A stretch of DNA of 64,000 bases. Origin: Squalus acanthias. Lineage: Eukaryota. The position numbers and the translations under genes were made by a program. How positions within the stretch are numbered: position 1 is the first letter of the stretch; each line of letters starts with the position of its first letter. The DNA is taken from positions 32,056,001 through 32,120,000 of the forward strand of contig CM059432.1 of NCBI GenBank assembly GCA_030390025.1, written 5' to 3'. Below are positions 10,753 through 23,079 of the stretch, piece by piece. The notes below the pieces were generated by a model. That model saw nothing but the letters and a program-made list of their open reading frames with translations, searched no databases and had not been told where the DNA came from.

Positions 10753-12247
10753 GGCCCAGATATTCCGATCCCTACGGGTGTGTACGCGCTGTGTACCCAC
10801 CCGTAGGGACATCGGAAATGCCGGCATCAGGCATGCACTGCGCATGTGCTGAAAACCGGCATTTCCGATCTGTCAAGAATGCTCTTGACAGATCCTCCGG
10901 CTGCCCTGGAGCAGGGCCTCTGTGGGCGGATAGTTCCGCTTTTTGGAGACCCTCCGCCCGCAGAAAACACTTAGGGGTAAAAATTGAGTCGCGCCCCATT
11001 TGGGGCGCTAACCTCGCCGGGGCGCGACTTTTAGCGCCCCGAAAAAATTAGCGGCCCCGCGCCGGAACTTCAGTGGTTGCGCCCCAAGAGGGAAGCGGGG
11101 CGCAACTGGAAGCACCCCGCATCCCTCTTGGGGCGCTGCGAGTGAATATCCTGGCGCTACGTGCCGCAGCGCCACGCGCTGCGGCACGTCGCGCCGCGGT
11201 ATTGCAGGCCTTCCTCCCCTTCTTAAAGGGGAGGGACCCTGCGCAGCGCGAACCGGGGCCCAGCTGGGCCCCCAGGGATCGGGAGTGCCGGCAAAAGAGC
11301 CCGGCACTCAAGAGAAGTGCCGGGCTCTTGGAGCGCAGCCGGCACTTCACGGTGGGGGGGCTTCACGGGGGCCGGGGACAGGTGCTGGCAGGCGGCCAGC
11401 AACAAAAATGGCCGCCTGCCACCTCCACTTTAAATATCGCCGCCTCGGCCGCACGTACGCCTCCCTGAACCCGTCGGACATAGCGTCTGGCGGTAAATCA
11501 GGGGGCGCGACTGAAGATCACGGCCGGGGCGCGAGCGGGGTGCTGCGCACGGCGATGACGTCATCGCCGGCGGCGCAGCGCCACAGGGCGCTACCGGCTG
11601 CCGCCGCCGCTAACCTCCCACTAAATTTTTCGGGAGGCGTGGGCGGCGCTGCGCCCGGGCGTTAGCTGCTTTACGCCCCATTAGCGCCCTCTTAAGGCGC
11701 TAACGGGAGGCGCAAGCAGCTGAATTTTTCCCCCTTACAATTCTTACGCCTGGTAAAAGCAGGTGTAAGGCCTGCTTTACCAGGATAAGAGTTCAAAAAG
11801 TTAAAAAAAAAAGTTATTTTTCACTGATTTATCATTTAAAAATACTTTAAAAAAAGGTAAGTTTATTTTTAGCCCCGTAAAAAAACTTTAATTATTATTT
11901 CAAAAAATTAAATTTTTGTTTAATATACTTAATTTATTGTAATTTCAAGTCATTTTAAAATGTGATTTTTTTCTTTATTTATTTAAAGTTTTACTATGTT
12001 TTTTCATTGATCTCCATTCATATATTTGACAGGTCTTCCTGTCAAGTGTATGAAGGGAAATTCCTTTCTTTGATTGGCTCCCCATGGCCCACGTGATCCC
12101 AGGGATGCTGCAAACTACCTGCGCCTCTGGGATACGTGGGCCCTGCGCACTTGTGTGTGCGTCCTGGGAGCCCTCAGGTAAGGGCGTAGATTTTTCCAGA
12201 TCGCAGGCCTCCGCCCGCGGGAGGCCTGCGATCGGAAAATACGGGCC
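10753..12247. mobile_element. PIF/Harbinger-type non-autonomous element (outer)
   Basis: Imperfect TIRs GGCCCAGATATTCCGATC / GATCGGAAAATACGGGCC; 3-bp ATT on both flanks. Confidence 0.7.
10974..11734. mobile_element. GC-rich PIF/Harbinger-type MITE nested in the previous element
   Basis: TIRs GGGGTAAAAATT / AATTTTTCCCCC; TTA TSD at 10971-10973 and 11735-11737; many subterminal (A/G)GCGCCCC motifs. Confidence 0.8.
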
Positions 12248-12892
12248 ATTAAGGAACTGTCTTTAAATGCTCATACTTTAAACTGATATGGAAATATATT
12301 GGCATATCAAGGGAATGTCTATAGATGCTTATATTATGTAATCACATAATGCCATTCAAATAAAAACAAAAAGTGTGATGACATCAGTGGAGTATACAAT
12401 AAATAGAGGTTTATGTTAACAGGAACCAGGGAATACAATACCCCTCTCAGTAAATTAGTTATTAAAGTACAAAAACATTGGGCTCTTTTAGAAACCTAGG
12501 GAATCCCATTATTGACACTCCGTTCTCCACTTCTGTAGTTTACATGATACCAGACTCGAATCATTTTGGTGTCTTTGGTGTAAAGTAAGTGAAGACTGTA
12601 TCAGAGGAGCAGCAGTAGTCCCATCCCAAGCTAGTCCAGGCTGCTTGAGTAGTAATGACACAGCAAAAAAATGTTTTAAAGGGGAACTATCACCATCCTT
12701 GGGAAGAAGGAAGACCCAAAGAGCTCAGCATAATGTCTTGTCATACTCTTGTCACAAGCAAATGACGTGCTCATATTTTTGCATCATTATGATGTTTTTG
12801 CCAAACTAATTATGTTGGTGAACACTTTTAGAAAGGTGGTGTCAATCATCCCCCTTTAAAAAAATTCTGTTAATCAAATCACTGCAAATGTC

Positions 12893-12915
12893 ACACACAA
12901 ACACACACACACACA
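12893..12915. repeat. (CA)n microsatellite
   Basis: cacacacaaacacacacacacaca. Confidence 0.8.
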
Positions 12916-13291
12916 GAGTGATGGTACTTCAAAGTGTACCAGATTTTATACAATATTAAAGTAACAGAGATTATTTTTGCTATTGAGAACATATCAATGT
13001 TGGCACTGTAGTGGGTATGTTACAGTCTCATGTTATGTCCATTTGAACAGTGAAAAAATAGACCATAGACTTTGTCCTTCTTGACTTGGATTGTGTCTTG
13101 AGAAAGGATTTTGAACTGAACATCGCTAGGGTGAGGAACTGGTGGATATGAGTTTATCACTGTTGGGGAGAGCAGTTTGACACACTGAATTATGGGCATC
13201 TCACAAGAAATATACTCAAATTTATTAGCATTTGAGTGATCTTTCTCTAGCATATTGGTTTTCTTTTTACACTGAGTGGCAGCACTGATAC

Positions 13292-13765
13292 GAAGGTTCA
13301 CTAGATTGATTCCTGGGATGAGAGGGCTGTCCTATGATGAGGGATTGTGTAGAATGGGCCTATACTCTCTGGAGTTTAGAAGAATGAGAGGTGATCTCAT
13401 TGAAACATACAAGATTCTGAGGGCGATTGACAGGGTAGACGCTGAGAGGTTGTTTCCCCTGGCTGGAGTGCCTAGAACTAGGGGGCATAGTCTCAGGATA
13501 AGGGGTAAGGCCATTTAAGACTGAGATGAGGAGGAATTTCTTCACTCAGAGGGTTGTGAATCTTTGGAATTCTCTGCCCCAGAGGGCTGTGAATGCTGAC
13601 TCTTTGAGTATATTCAAGGCTGAGATAGATAGACTTTTGGACTCTAGGGGAATCAAGGAATATGGGTTCGGGTGGGAAAGTGGAGTTGAGGTCGATGATC
13701 AGCCATGATCTTATTGAATGGTGGAGCAGGCTCGACTCCTGCTACTTATTTCTTATGTTCTTATG
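13292..13765 (+). mobile_element. CR1 LINE 3' fragment
   Basis: RRFTRLIPGM..LYSLEFRRMRGDLIETYK..FFTQRVVNLWNSLP; (TTCTTATG)n tail; TGATAC at both flanks. Confidence 0.9.
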
Positions 13766-14552
13766 ATACAGAGACTATCCACTGAATTGGGCCTAATTAT
13801 GTGTTAGTCAATGTCCAAAGATCAACATTGGATGCAATTTTTTGGGGGGTGGGGGGTGGGGTGGGGGGGGGCAGTGTTGGATGATGAATAAAAATTTAGT
13901 ACCAATATGGCAGCCACTAGGAACTCATTTCACTTAGTGTCTATTAAACTGGTAGAGAGAAGAGACTTTCATGTCATCAGTGTGGGCTGGATATGAATAC
14001 AGTTTCCAGAGGTGGAAATGTGTCATCAAGATCCCTGGCTAGCGTTCTAATGGGCCAATTCCAATTCATAATCCAAACCTTTAAGTCTGGCTTCCTGCAG
14101 GCAAAACTAAAACAATCAAGTCACAAGTTTATCTTTAAATGCATCTGTCCATGGTCCCAATGTCTACGAGCAGAATGAAATGTTAAAAATGAAAAGGGAA
14201 GAAAGTAAATTGGAGGGATAAATTTCAATACCCCTCCTGTCGTGAGGCATCGAGCGAAAGTCAGACGCATTCCAACCCCTAAAGAGAGGGAATGAAAATG
14301 TGAAGGAGGGGCTTTGGGGGAGAAGGCAGAAAGGTCACCTCCAGGAAGCTGTCATGCAGTCCTGCTAGTGGCCCTCTACGGGGCAGCATTAGCCGAGGTG
14401 TGACAGATGGTTGGCTATGGACAGGGTGCAGTGTGGACTTGGGGAGGCTGGAAATGGGAAGAAAAAAAAGAACCAAAGTGCTGTCAGCCACTGAGACCAC
14501 CACAAAAAAAACAACCAATTGCAGTGCCATTAAACACGCCCCTTTCTCTTAC

Positions 14553-14609
14553 CTTGATCTGTCGAGGGTTGTTCGCTGGTTGAGGAGCACTCTCTTGAGA
14601 AGAAATAGC
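14553..14609 (-). CDS. XIRP1: XIRP1 upstream coding exon 6 (AISSQESAPQPANNPRQIK), phase 0/0
   Basis: Minus strand ttcaatttatttttag|GCT...ATCAAG|gtaaga; 57 nt with no stop; ends in QIK like the XIRP2 exon that precedes the giant exon (from recall). Confidence 0.8.
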
Positions 14610-15202
14610 CTAAAAATAAATTGAAACCATTTAGATCAGTAGGCCTCAGCAAGCAACAACCCCGTCTGTAAACCCAAGGAAGACAGAGGTGTCATTAGAA
14701 AGTTTACTCAAACCTAATTGATAGAACAGATGTTGCCATAGCTGCAGAGAACAGTAAGGATCTGCTGAATTATGGGATACAAATTGGGTGTTGTTGTGCC
14801 CATTTTCCAGATGGAAAACAAGGCAAAAAAGACCAATTTCGCAGGGCTATTCCTAGCGCTCCAAGGATGCCTGGAAAACAACGGACGTCACACTAAAATG
14901 GGTGTTGGCACATTGCGTATGCTAATGAGGGGCCTAGTGTCTGCTTTGGGACCCTTCAGGAAAGTTGGACATGGAACCTACTCCACTCAGGTTTCCCAGG
15001 TGTGAATGCAGCCTAGCAGGTGGCCACCACTGAAAAGGTGAGCTTTTCTTTAATTCATGCGGAGCCAGGAGGAGTAGGAATACTCCTCCCAACTCCCCAG
15101 CACTCCTGGTGGCTGTGCCAGCTGTGATCGGCCCCCTTCCGCTGTTCTCGCCCCTCCTTGGCACGTTCCTGAGGATTGCTGCTGTCGAGACAAGCCATTC
15201 AA

Positions 15203-16395
15203 AATCATAGAATCATAGAATGATACAGCACAGAAGGAAGCCATTTGGCCCACAAAGCCGATGCTGGCTCTTTGAAAGAGCTATCCAATTAGTCCCATTT
15301 ACCTGCCCTTTCCCCATAGCCCTGCAAATTTTTCCCTTTCAAGTACTTATCCGATTACCTTTTGAAAGTTATTATTGAATCTGCTTCCACCACTCTTTCA
15401 GGCAGTGCATACCAGATCATAACAACTCACCGCGTAAAAGAAATTCTCCTCATCTCACCTCTGGCTCTTTTGCTTAATACCTTAAATCTGTGTCCTCTGG
15501 TTACCGACCTGTCTGCCACTGGAAACAGTTTCTCCTTATTTACTCTATCAAAACCCGTCATAATTTTGAACACCTCTATTAAATCTCCTCTTAACCTTCT
15601 CTGCTCTAAGGAGAACAACCCCAGCTTCATCAGTCTCTCCACGTAACTAAAGTCCCACATCCCTGGTACCATTCTAGTAAACTTCCTCTCCACCCTCTCC
15701 AAGGCCTTCACATCCTTCCGAAAGTTTGGTGCCCAGAATTGGACACAATACTCCAGCTGGGGCCTAACCAGTGATTTATAAAGGTTTAGCATTATTTCCT
15801 TGCTTTTGTACTCTATTCCTGTTTATAAAGCCAAGGATCCCATTTTCTTTTTTAACAGCCTTCCCAACTTGTCCTGCGACCTTCAAACATTTGTGTCACC
15901 CCCAGGTCCCTGTTCCTGCACCCCCTTTAAAATTGTACCATTTAGTTTATATTGCCTCTCCTCATTCTTTTTAACAAAATGTATCACTTCATACTTCTCT
16001 GTGTTAAATTGCATCTGCCATGTGGTGGCCCATTTCAGCAGTATGTCTATGTCCTCCTGAAGTCTATGTCCTCTCATTGTTTACTACATTTCCAAGTTTT
16101 GTGTCATCTGCAAACTTTGAAATTATGCCCTGTATACCCAAGTCCAGGTCATTAATATACATCAAAAAGAGCAATGGTCCTAATACCGACTCCTGGGGAA
16201 CACCATGTATACTTCCCTCCAGTCTGAAAAACAACCGTTCACCACTGCTCTCTGCTTTCTGTCTCTTAGCCAATTTCGTATCTACGCTGCCCCTGCTCCT
16301 TTAATCCCATGGGCTTCAATTTTGCTAGGAAGTCTATTATGTGGTACTTTAGCAAACACCTTTTGAAAGTCCATATGCACAACATCAACTGTACT
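15203..16395 (-). mobile_element. CR1 LINE fragment (degenerate RT C-terminal half), ATTCTATG-type tail
   Basis: ORFs 16064..16273 ([20 protein letters not shown]) and 15427..15792 (LYKSLVRPQLEYC..RRLRGDLIEV). Confidence 0.9.
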
Positions 16396-16573
16396 ACAGA
16401 AAACGCTGGAAAAACTCAGCAGGCCAGGCAGCATCCGTGGAGAGAGAAAGAGAGTTAACGTTTCAGGTCGATGAGTTCTGATGAAAGGTCATCGACCTGA
16501 AACGTTAACTCTCTTTCTCTCTCCACGGATGCTGCCTGGCCTGCTGAGTTTTTCCAGCGTTTTCTGTTGTTAT
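16396..16573. mobile_element. Penelope-like (pseudo-LTR-derived) palindromic insertion
   Basis: Perfect 79-bp inverted arms at 16396-16474 and 16489-16567; 14-bp TSD ATCAACTGTACTAC at 16384-16397 and 16574-16587. Confidence 0.75.
16473..16511 (+). ncRNA. Minimal type I hammerhead ribozyme-like motif
   Basis: GAGTT-CTGATGA-A-AGGTC-ATC-GACCT-GAAAC-GT-T-AACTC: core boxes CUGAUGA and GAAA, stem I GAGUU/AACUC, stem II AGGUC/GACCU, palindromic ACGU stem III, GUU cleavage triplet. Confidence 0.65.
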
Positions 16574-17397
16574 ATCAACTGTACTACCTTCATTCTCTAA
16601 CATGGGCAAGCTGCCTGTGGAGACGTGACGGGTGATGGTAGTTTGACAAACTTATTGAGATGAGGCCCGAGGCCCAATTTCAGGCAGGCCTCAGGCGTCT
16701 TGGTTGGGGTGCGTGCTGCACTGATTCCGGGCCCAAAAGAGGCCTAGGCGAATTTCCAACCCACTGTTTTGTGTTCTGCAGTACCTTTTTCCTTCCAACA
16801 GGTGTCATGAGTGCATTGTGTAAGGATGCACTTTTCAGCCAAGAAGATACATTTGTGACATACATTTGTGAAGCAGACCAACAGCTGGTCAGTAGTGTGG
16901 GAAGCAGCCTGCCTGACTGCCTGATTCTACACTGAGCTTCCAAAGAGCTGCCACTGGCTGGGGAAACATTGAGCAGGTTCATGTGGAAGACGGATAAACC
17001 ACTTCAGATTCATAAAAATAACAAGCAGAACAGGATAAAAATAGCATGGCACGAATGTAATGAATGTACGTACTTCAGTGAGTGGGTTTAACAAATACCA
17101 TTGAATGAGAACTTTAAAGGGATATAATTTCTCCTTGAAGGAGGTTTTCGAGTTAATCAGTAGCTCGATTGGCAAGCAAGAGCCTGCTTCTAAAATTCGA
17201 AATGCAGGCACCATATTGCCCCGTTAAAGTATGTGTTGCCCATATCTGGTGGAATATAAACCACTCTGCCCCATGCGTGGTGCAATAAAGAAAGACTTGC
17301 ATTTATATAGTGCCTTTTACGACCTTAGGTTGTCCCAAAGCGCTTTACAGCCAATTAAGTACTTTTGAAGTGCAGTCACTGTTGTAATGTAATGCAA

Positions 17398-18315
17398 TGT
17401 GCCGATGACAAAAAGATAGGTGGTTTAGTTAGTAGTGTAGACGGGAGCATAAAATTACAAAGAGACACTGATAGATTAAGTGAGTGGGCAATACTGTGGC
17501 AGATGGATTTCAACGCATGTAAGTGTGAGGTCTTCCATTTTGGACGAAAAAAGATAAATCCGAGTATTTTTTTAATGGTGGAAAGTTAGGAACTGTGGTG
17601 GTCCAAAGAGATTATGGGGTCCATGTGCACAGATCACTAAAATGTAGTGGTCAGGTACAAAAAAATAATCAAAAAGGCTAATGGAATGTTAGCCTTTATA
17701 AATAGAGGGCTAGAATATAAAGGGGAGGAAGTTTTGCTACAGCTGTACAAAGCCCTGGTTAGACCACATCTGGAAACTGTGTACAGTTCTGTGCACCACA
17801 CCTTAGAAAGGATATATTGGCCTTGGAAGGAGTGCAGTGCAGATTCACCAGAATGTTACCAGGGCTCCAAGGGTTAGATTATGAGGCAAGATTACATAAA
17901 CTAGGCTTGTGTACCCTGAAATATAGAAGGTTAAGGGGTGATTTTATTGAGGTTTTAAGAATTTTGAAAGGAATTGATAGGGTAAATAGAGAGCCACTTT
18001 TTCCGCTGGTGGGGGAGTCTAGGACAAGGGTACATAACCTTAAAATCAGAGTCAGGCCATTCAGGAGAGAAGTTAGGAAATACGCTTTCACACAAAGGGT
18101 GGTAGAAGTGTGGAACTCTCTCCCACAAAAAAGCAGTAGATGCTAGCTCAATTAATAATTTTAAATCTGAGATCAATAGATTTTTGCTGGATGTGGGTAT
18201 TAAAGGGTATGGAGCCAAGGTGGGTGGATGGAGGTAGGATACAGATCAGCCATGATCTCATTAAATGGCAGAACAGGCTCAAGGGGCTGAATGGCCCAAT
18301 CCTGTTCCTATTCTG
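17398..18315 (+). mobile_element. CR1 LINE 3' fragment (degenerate)
   Basis: ADDKKIGG..LQRD.DRL; KKANGMLAFI..LYKALVRPHLE; RRLRGD..FTQRVVEVWNSLP. Confidence 0.88.
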
Positions 18316-18817
18316 TCCCATACCTGATGCAATGTGGCCCATTCTGTCCCAGTTTTTTTTATTTCCAGACTTTTTAAACTGAATTCAAATTCTCAAACTG
18401 CTATGGTGGGTTTTGAAGTTATGGATTACTAGTCCAGACTACTGGATAACTAGGGAAGTAGCATAACCACTACACTACTCTTAATCAGCCCAGATTAATT
18501 TTGTCAACTCTTTTCATAATCTTGAAATCTTCAGTGAGTTCACCTCAGTCTCCTATTTTCCAAAGAGAACAAGCCCAAAATCCTTAACATTTCCAATTTA
18601 CATTAAGGTTCCCAATACTGGAACTGTCGCAGGCTAGCTGTTGGCAAGTAAATCAAAGGATTCTCACAAGCAATATTTTATGAAGATGGTACCCCTTTAA
18701 GAACAGTTATGCCTTTGTCAGCAATCTAGCAGTGTCAAGGCCTGCTCATGGTGTCCTCTTGACCTCTATGGTTTTGAGAGAGAAAGAGAGAGAATGAATG
18801 GAATGCTGAATACTCAC

Positions 18818-18954
18818 AGGCTTCACCGAGGAGTCTGCTGCAGATATTTTAGACCGATAGATGGCTGACCTCTCTCTGACAGAGGTGACCTCCTGTTCTT
18901 CCAGTGGCTGATTGTTCGTCTTGGGTGCCCTCAGATGCAACGATCTCTTCTCGT
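18818..18954 (-). CDS. XIRP1: XIRP1 upstream coding exon 5 (..EKRSLHLRAPK..VTSVRERSAIYRSKIS..VKP), phase 1/0
   Basis: gtctttcctcttgcag|AC...AAGCCT|gtgagt; 137 nt. SVRERSAIYRSKIS resembles the XIRP2/LIMA1 motif SLKERMARYQAAVS. Confidence 0.82.
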
Positions 18955-19194
18955 CTGCAAGAGGAAAGACTTTTATTAAGTCAAACTTCAGAAGATTTTT
19001 CACAAGAATTGCTCCCCAAAAAGGAACTGCAGGCCATTTTTAAATATGTGTTTCCAATTTTCACCCCCAACAATCCTGAAGGCCCTGACCCGTCCTGCTT
19101 AAAGGTGCTGTGGAGAGGCATGAGCTATTTTGAGGTAGGATTGCCACTTGCCAATTGTCCGGGAGTCTCCTGGAATTAGAGATTAAACTGAGGC

Positions 19195-19510
19195 ATAACT
19201 TCCTCACTTTTGCATTCCAATCCCTTGAGATAAAGGCCAACATTCCATTAGCAATTTTGCACCTGTGCGCTAGCTTTTAGTGATTTGTGTACATGGACAC
19301 CTAAATCCCTTTGCTCCTCCACGGCTCCTGGTCTCTCGTCATTAAGAAAATATTCCGATTTGGCTTTCTCAGATTCAATGGGGATGACCCCACACTTCCC
19401 CACATTGAACTCCATCTGCCATAGCTTTGTCTAGTCCCTTAGTCCGTCTATGTCCCTTTGTAACCCCTGCTCCCAAGTACACAACTTACTGTGCCTCCTA
19501 ACTTAGTGTC
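19195..19510 (-). mobile_element. CR1 LINE internal fragment
   Basis: Reverse complement resembles the CR1 RT region (..ANGMLAFISR..). Confidence 0.6.
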
Positions 19511-21092
19511 ATCTCATCCCAAGATGCTTCACAGAGAAAAAATAGACGTGACCAGCAATAAAAGAGTTAGGGGAGTGGCCCACAGCATAGTTTGAAGAGA
19601 TGGGTTTTGAGGAGTTTTTGAAGGAGGGGCATGATGTGCAAGGCAGAGGGAAGAGAATTCGAGAGGATAGGGATAAGATTGCTGAAGAAATTGCCAGACA
19701 ATCCATTTAAAAAAACACTCTCTCTGCAAAGCTGTGGATCAACTCACTTCCCTCAGACACATTCCCCTTACTGCGGGTGCAAATCCGGTTTCAGTCATGC
19801 AGTGCACCTCCTTGCGCTGAACCTCCCAGTTTATTTTACTCAAACAACATGCTCTCCCTAGTCACGTAGGAGGCTGTAGACTTGTCACCTCACTCCTTCT
19901 TCCAAAACTCTCTATAAACCAACCATGCCTTTGACACCCTCCACCCCCTCACTAACCCCCTGTCTTCCCTTTTCCTGCTCTTATCAATGTCCATAATTTT
20001 TCCTCTTTTACGCTTTGAGAAATTCTATTGCACACGAGGAGCTCTATAGAAATGCAAGTTATTGCTGTCATTGATGCCATGAAGCTATTGGCATCCTGGC
20101 TCTGAGTTTGGACCCCTGTTTCTTGAACAACAGGGGTTGAGTCAACTATATTTACGAGTCCAGAGAACAGTGCGAGTTGCAAGGTGCTATTGGCTGAAAT
20201 CCTTTAATGTAAAAGGGCATTCAAACCTTTCCTTACTCCACAATCCCAAGCACTGCATGTCCGAACCAATAACTCCTCATTTACCTTGTATTCTCTCTTA
20301 CTCTTTTCAATGTTGGTGGTATCCTACGCTATGAACCCCAGCCCTTCACCAAGGTTTCTTAATATGTTTATCGTAAAAAGAACATTCATTGTCACTGTAA
20401 GACACTCTTCTTCCCCCTCTCTCCCCTGGTCCAAAAAAATAACATGACAAACATTCACAAAAGGCCAATAATAATAAACCCAAACTACGCACCTGTCAGT
20501 GTCTCTCAGTCCTTTGCAGCTTTTTGAGTTGGGTCCCTGCGGTCATTAGTGAGCTAATTACTGACCAAAAAACACATACACATGCACGCACGCACAGAAG
20601 GAGCTGCCGACTCAGCATGGAGCAGCTCTGAATTGTCAGCCAACAATATGTCAGTGGCTGGAGCAATCAACGCTGAATAAACAACGACCTCAAGCAAAGG
20701 GAATGCCGGCCCACCCATTGTGTGGAACAAGGGCAGGAAGAGGCTGTGATCCATCCCTACAGGAATCGCTGTCAGCTGGCTTTAGGGCCTTAGGTTACTT
20801 ACAATAAACAATCACAGGATCTGCTGTACAATCACATCATGCTCTGCTGTTTAATAAATGTCCCAATACTGAGCGAGGCCAGATTTCAACCTTTTATTGT
20901 CTAGCCGGCTAGCTGTCTGACACGCGTGGAGACCTTACACTGCACTCCAAAGAGTCTCCAAACCAAATTACCAAGAAATCCACCTAAGAGTTTCCGCCTA
21001 CAGAAAAGAAAGAACTTGGATTTGTACAGCGCCTTTCATATCTTCAGGATGTCCAAAAGAAATACTTTTGAAGTGTAGTCACTGTTGTTGTT

Positions 21093-21500
21093 CCCTCGAT
21101 TTCAAAATTCTCATCCTTATTTTCAAATCCCTCCATGGCCTCGCCCCTCCCATCTCTGTAATCTTCTTCAGCCCCACAACCCCCCGAGATATCTGCACTC
21201 CTCTAATTCTGCCCTCTTGAGCATCCCTGATTATAATCGCTCAATCATTGGTGGCTGTGCCTTCTGTTGCCTCGGCCCTAAGCTCTGGAATTCCCTGCCT
21301 AAACCTCTCCATCTCTCTACCTCTCTTTCCTCCTTTAAGACATTCCTTAAAACCTACCTCTTTGACCAAGCTTTTGGTCACCTGCCCTAATTTCTCTTTA
21401 TGTGGCTCGGTGTCAAATTTTTTGTCTTATAATACTCCTGTGAAGTGCCTCGGGACGTTTTACTACATTAAAGGCACTATATAAATACAAGTCGTTGTTG
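21093..21500 (+). mobile_element. L2-clade LINE 3' fragment
   Basis: AFCCLGPKLWNSLPKPLHLSTSLSSFKTFLKTYLFDQAFGHLP* followed by the ..ctatataaatacaagt tail. Confidence 0.85.
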
Positions 21501-21795
21501 CTGTATAGGCAAATGCGGCAGCCAATTTGCACACAGCTAGGTGCCATTAAAAGCAAGGAGATGAATGGCCAGATAATGCTTTGATGGTGAGGATTGAGAG
21601 ACAAATATTGGCCGAGACGCCTCCCTTGCTCTTCGTCAAAAAGTGCCACAACCACCTGAAATGTGAGGCAGGCCCTCAGTTTAACATCTCGTCCCAAAGA
21701 TGGCACATCGAACAATACAGTACTCCTTCCATACAGCACTTAAGTGCTCAAATCCTGGAGTGTAGCTTCTGATTCAGATTGCTATCACTGAGCCA
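21500..21795 (-). mobile_element. Deu-domain SINE (SacSINE1/AmnSINE-like), degenerate
   Basis: Reverse complement aligns by eye with the copy at 24540-24970. Confidence 0.6.
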
Positions 21796-21984
21796 AGACT
21801 GACGCTTGCTTACCTGATGCTGCGTACACACTCTTTCCCTGTTGCGATGCCACACTTACCACACTCAGCTCAGAGAATTGAGGGCTAGAAGTGGGAAAGG
21901 GCATGGAATAGAACTGGTGGCAAATGGGAGAAAGATGAGATAGATGTAGGACCTGTGCTGCATTGTGGATTGGATTCTGAGGTT

Positions 21985-22420
21985 TGACTTGCATTTATAT
22001 AGCACCTTATCGTATCATTACAAAGCACTTTACACACAATTAAAACTGGAGTGCAGTGATTATAATTTTCTTATTGGCAAATACAGCAGCCATTTTGCTG
22101 TATTTGCCAATAAGAAACAAGATCTCCCAACCACCAATGAGACAACTGACCAGTTAAACTTATTTTTGGCTCATATTGGTTGAGGGGGGAATGTTGGCTT
22201 GGACACAAGGGAAACTCCCTTCTTTTGTTCAAATAGTGCCAGGGAATCTTTACCTTAACAGGCAAATAGGGCCTTACTGTTAATTTATCATCAGGGCTTC
22301 TGTCAGCACTCTCCCTTAGTAATGCACTGTCTAATACTTAGACTATAAACTCATGGGGTGAGATTTGAACCCACAGTCTTCCAGCCCAGAGGTGACAGGG
22401 CTACTAACTGATCCAGGCTG
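21985..22420 (-). mobile_element. Deu-domain SINE, degenerate
   Basis: L2-type tail (acttgcatttatatagc) at left, tRNA-like head (ttgaacccac..ctactaactga) at right. Confidence 0.6.
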
Positions 22421-23079
22421 GACGTAACAATTAATGCCTTCCCTTCATGAGCCACAGAAATAAGTAGTATAAAAACGACTAATTTTAAAAACATAGCCCA
22501 GTTTATTTATTAGAAATTTCTGGGAAGGGTACTCAAAAATAAATCTTGCTTTGGCCAAAACTGGACATATGCCCAGCAACCTTATATGTGATCTCATCAC
22601 TTATTATGGGTAATCCTGTTAAGTTGTCTACTGGGCTAGAAAATATTGTGTTTAGCAGCATATCTCTATGTGTCCTCCAGACATGAAATGAAATGTTTAT
22701 TTTTAAATTAGCACACACATGCCATTGAATATTTTGAGAACAGTGTTTTCTGCCTCTGTCACTGTTCCAGTAACTAAGGAGCCTTGGCTGTGGGCCCGAC
22801 GTGGTATCTAAAGACCTAACTGGTAACTGCAGGCACATGAGGTGCCAGAATTGTTCTCCTATCTGAAATGTGAGATATCTCCAATCTCACTGAAACTATT
22901 CATGTAAAAGATATAGATACATAACAATATGAGAACACCCAAAGATGACCAAAAGACCACTTGGCCCATTAAAGCTAACCCCTCTCTAGCACTTTAACTC
23001 TTCCATCCCAACATCCAACTGGATCTTGAACACACCTAATATCTTTCTTTCTATTACGGTGCCTGTCAGATTGTCACCC

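Noticed and set aside
10734..11665. Cluster of Ala/Arg/Gly/Pro-rich ORFs or a CpG-island promoter
   Set aside because: They are by-products of a GC-rich MITE bounded by TIRs and a TSD, with a second copy at 38453-39177.
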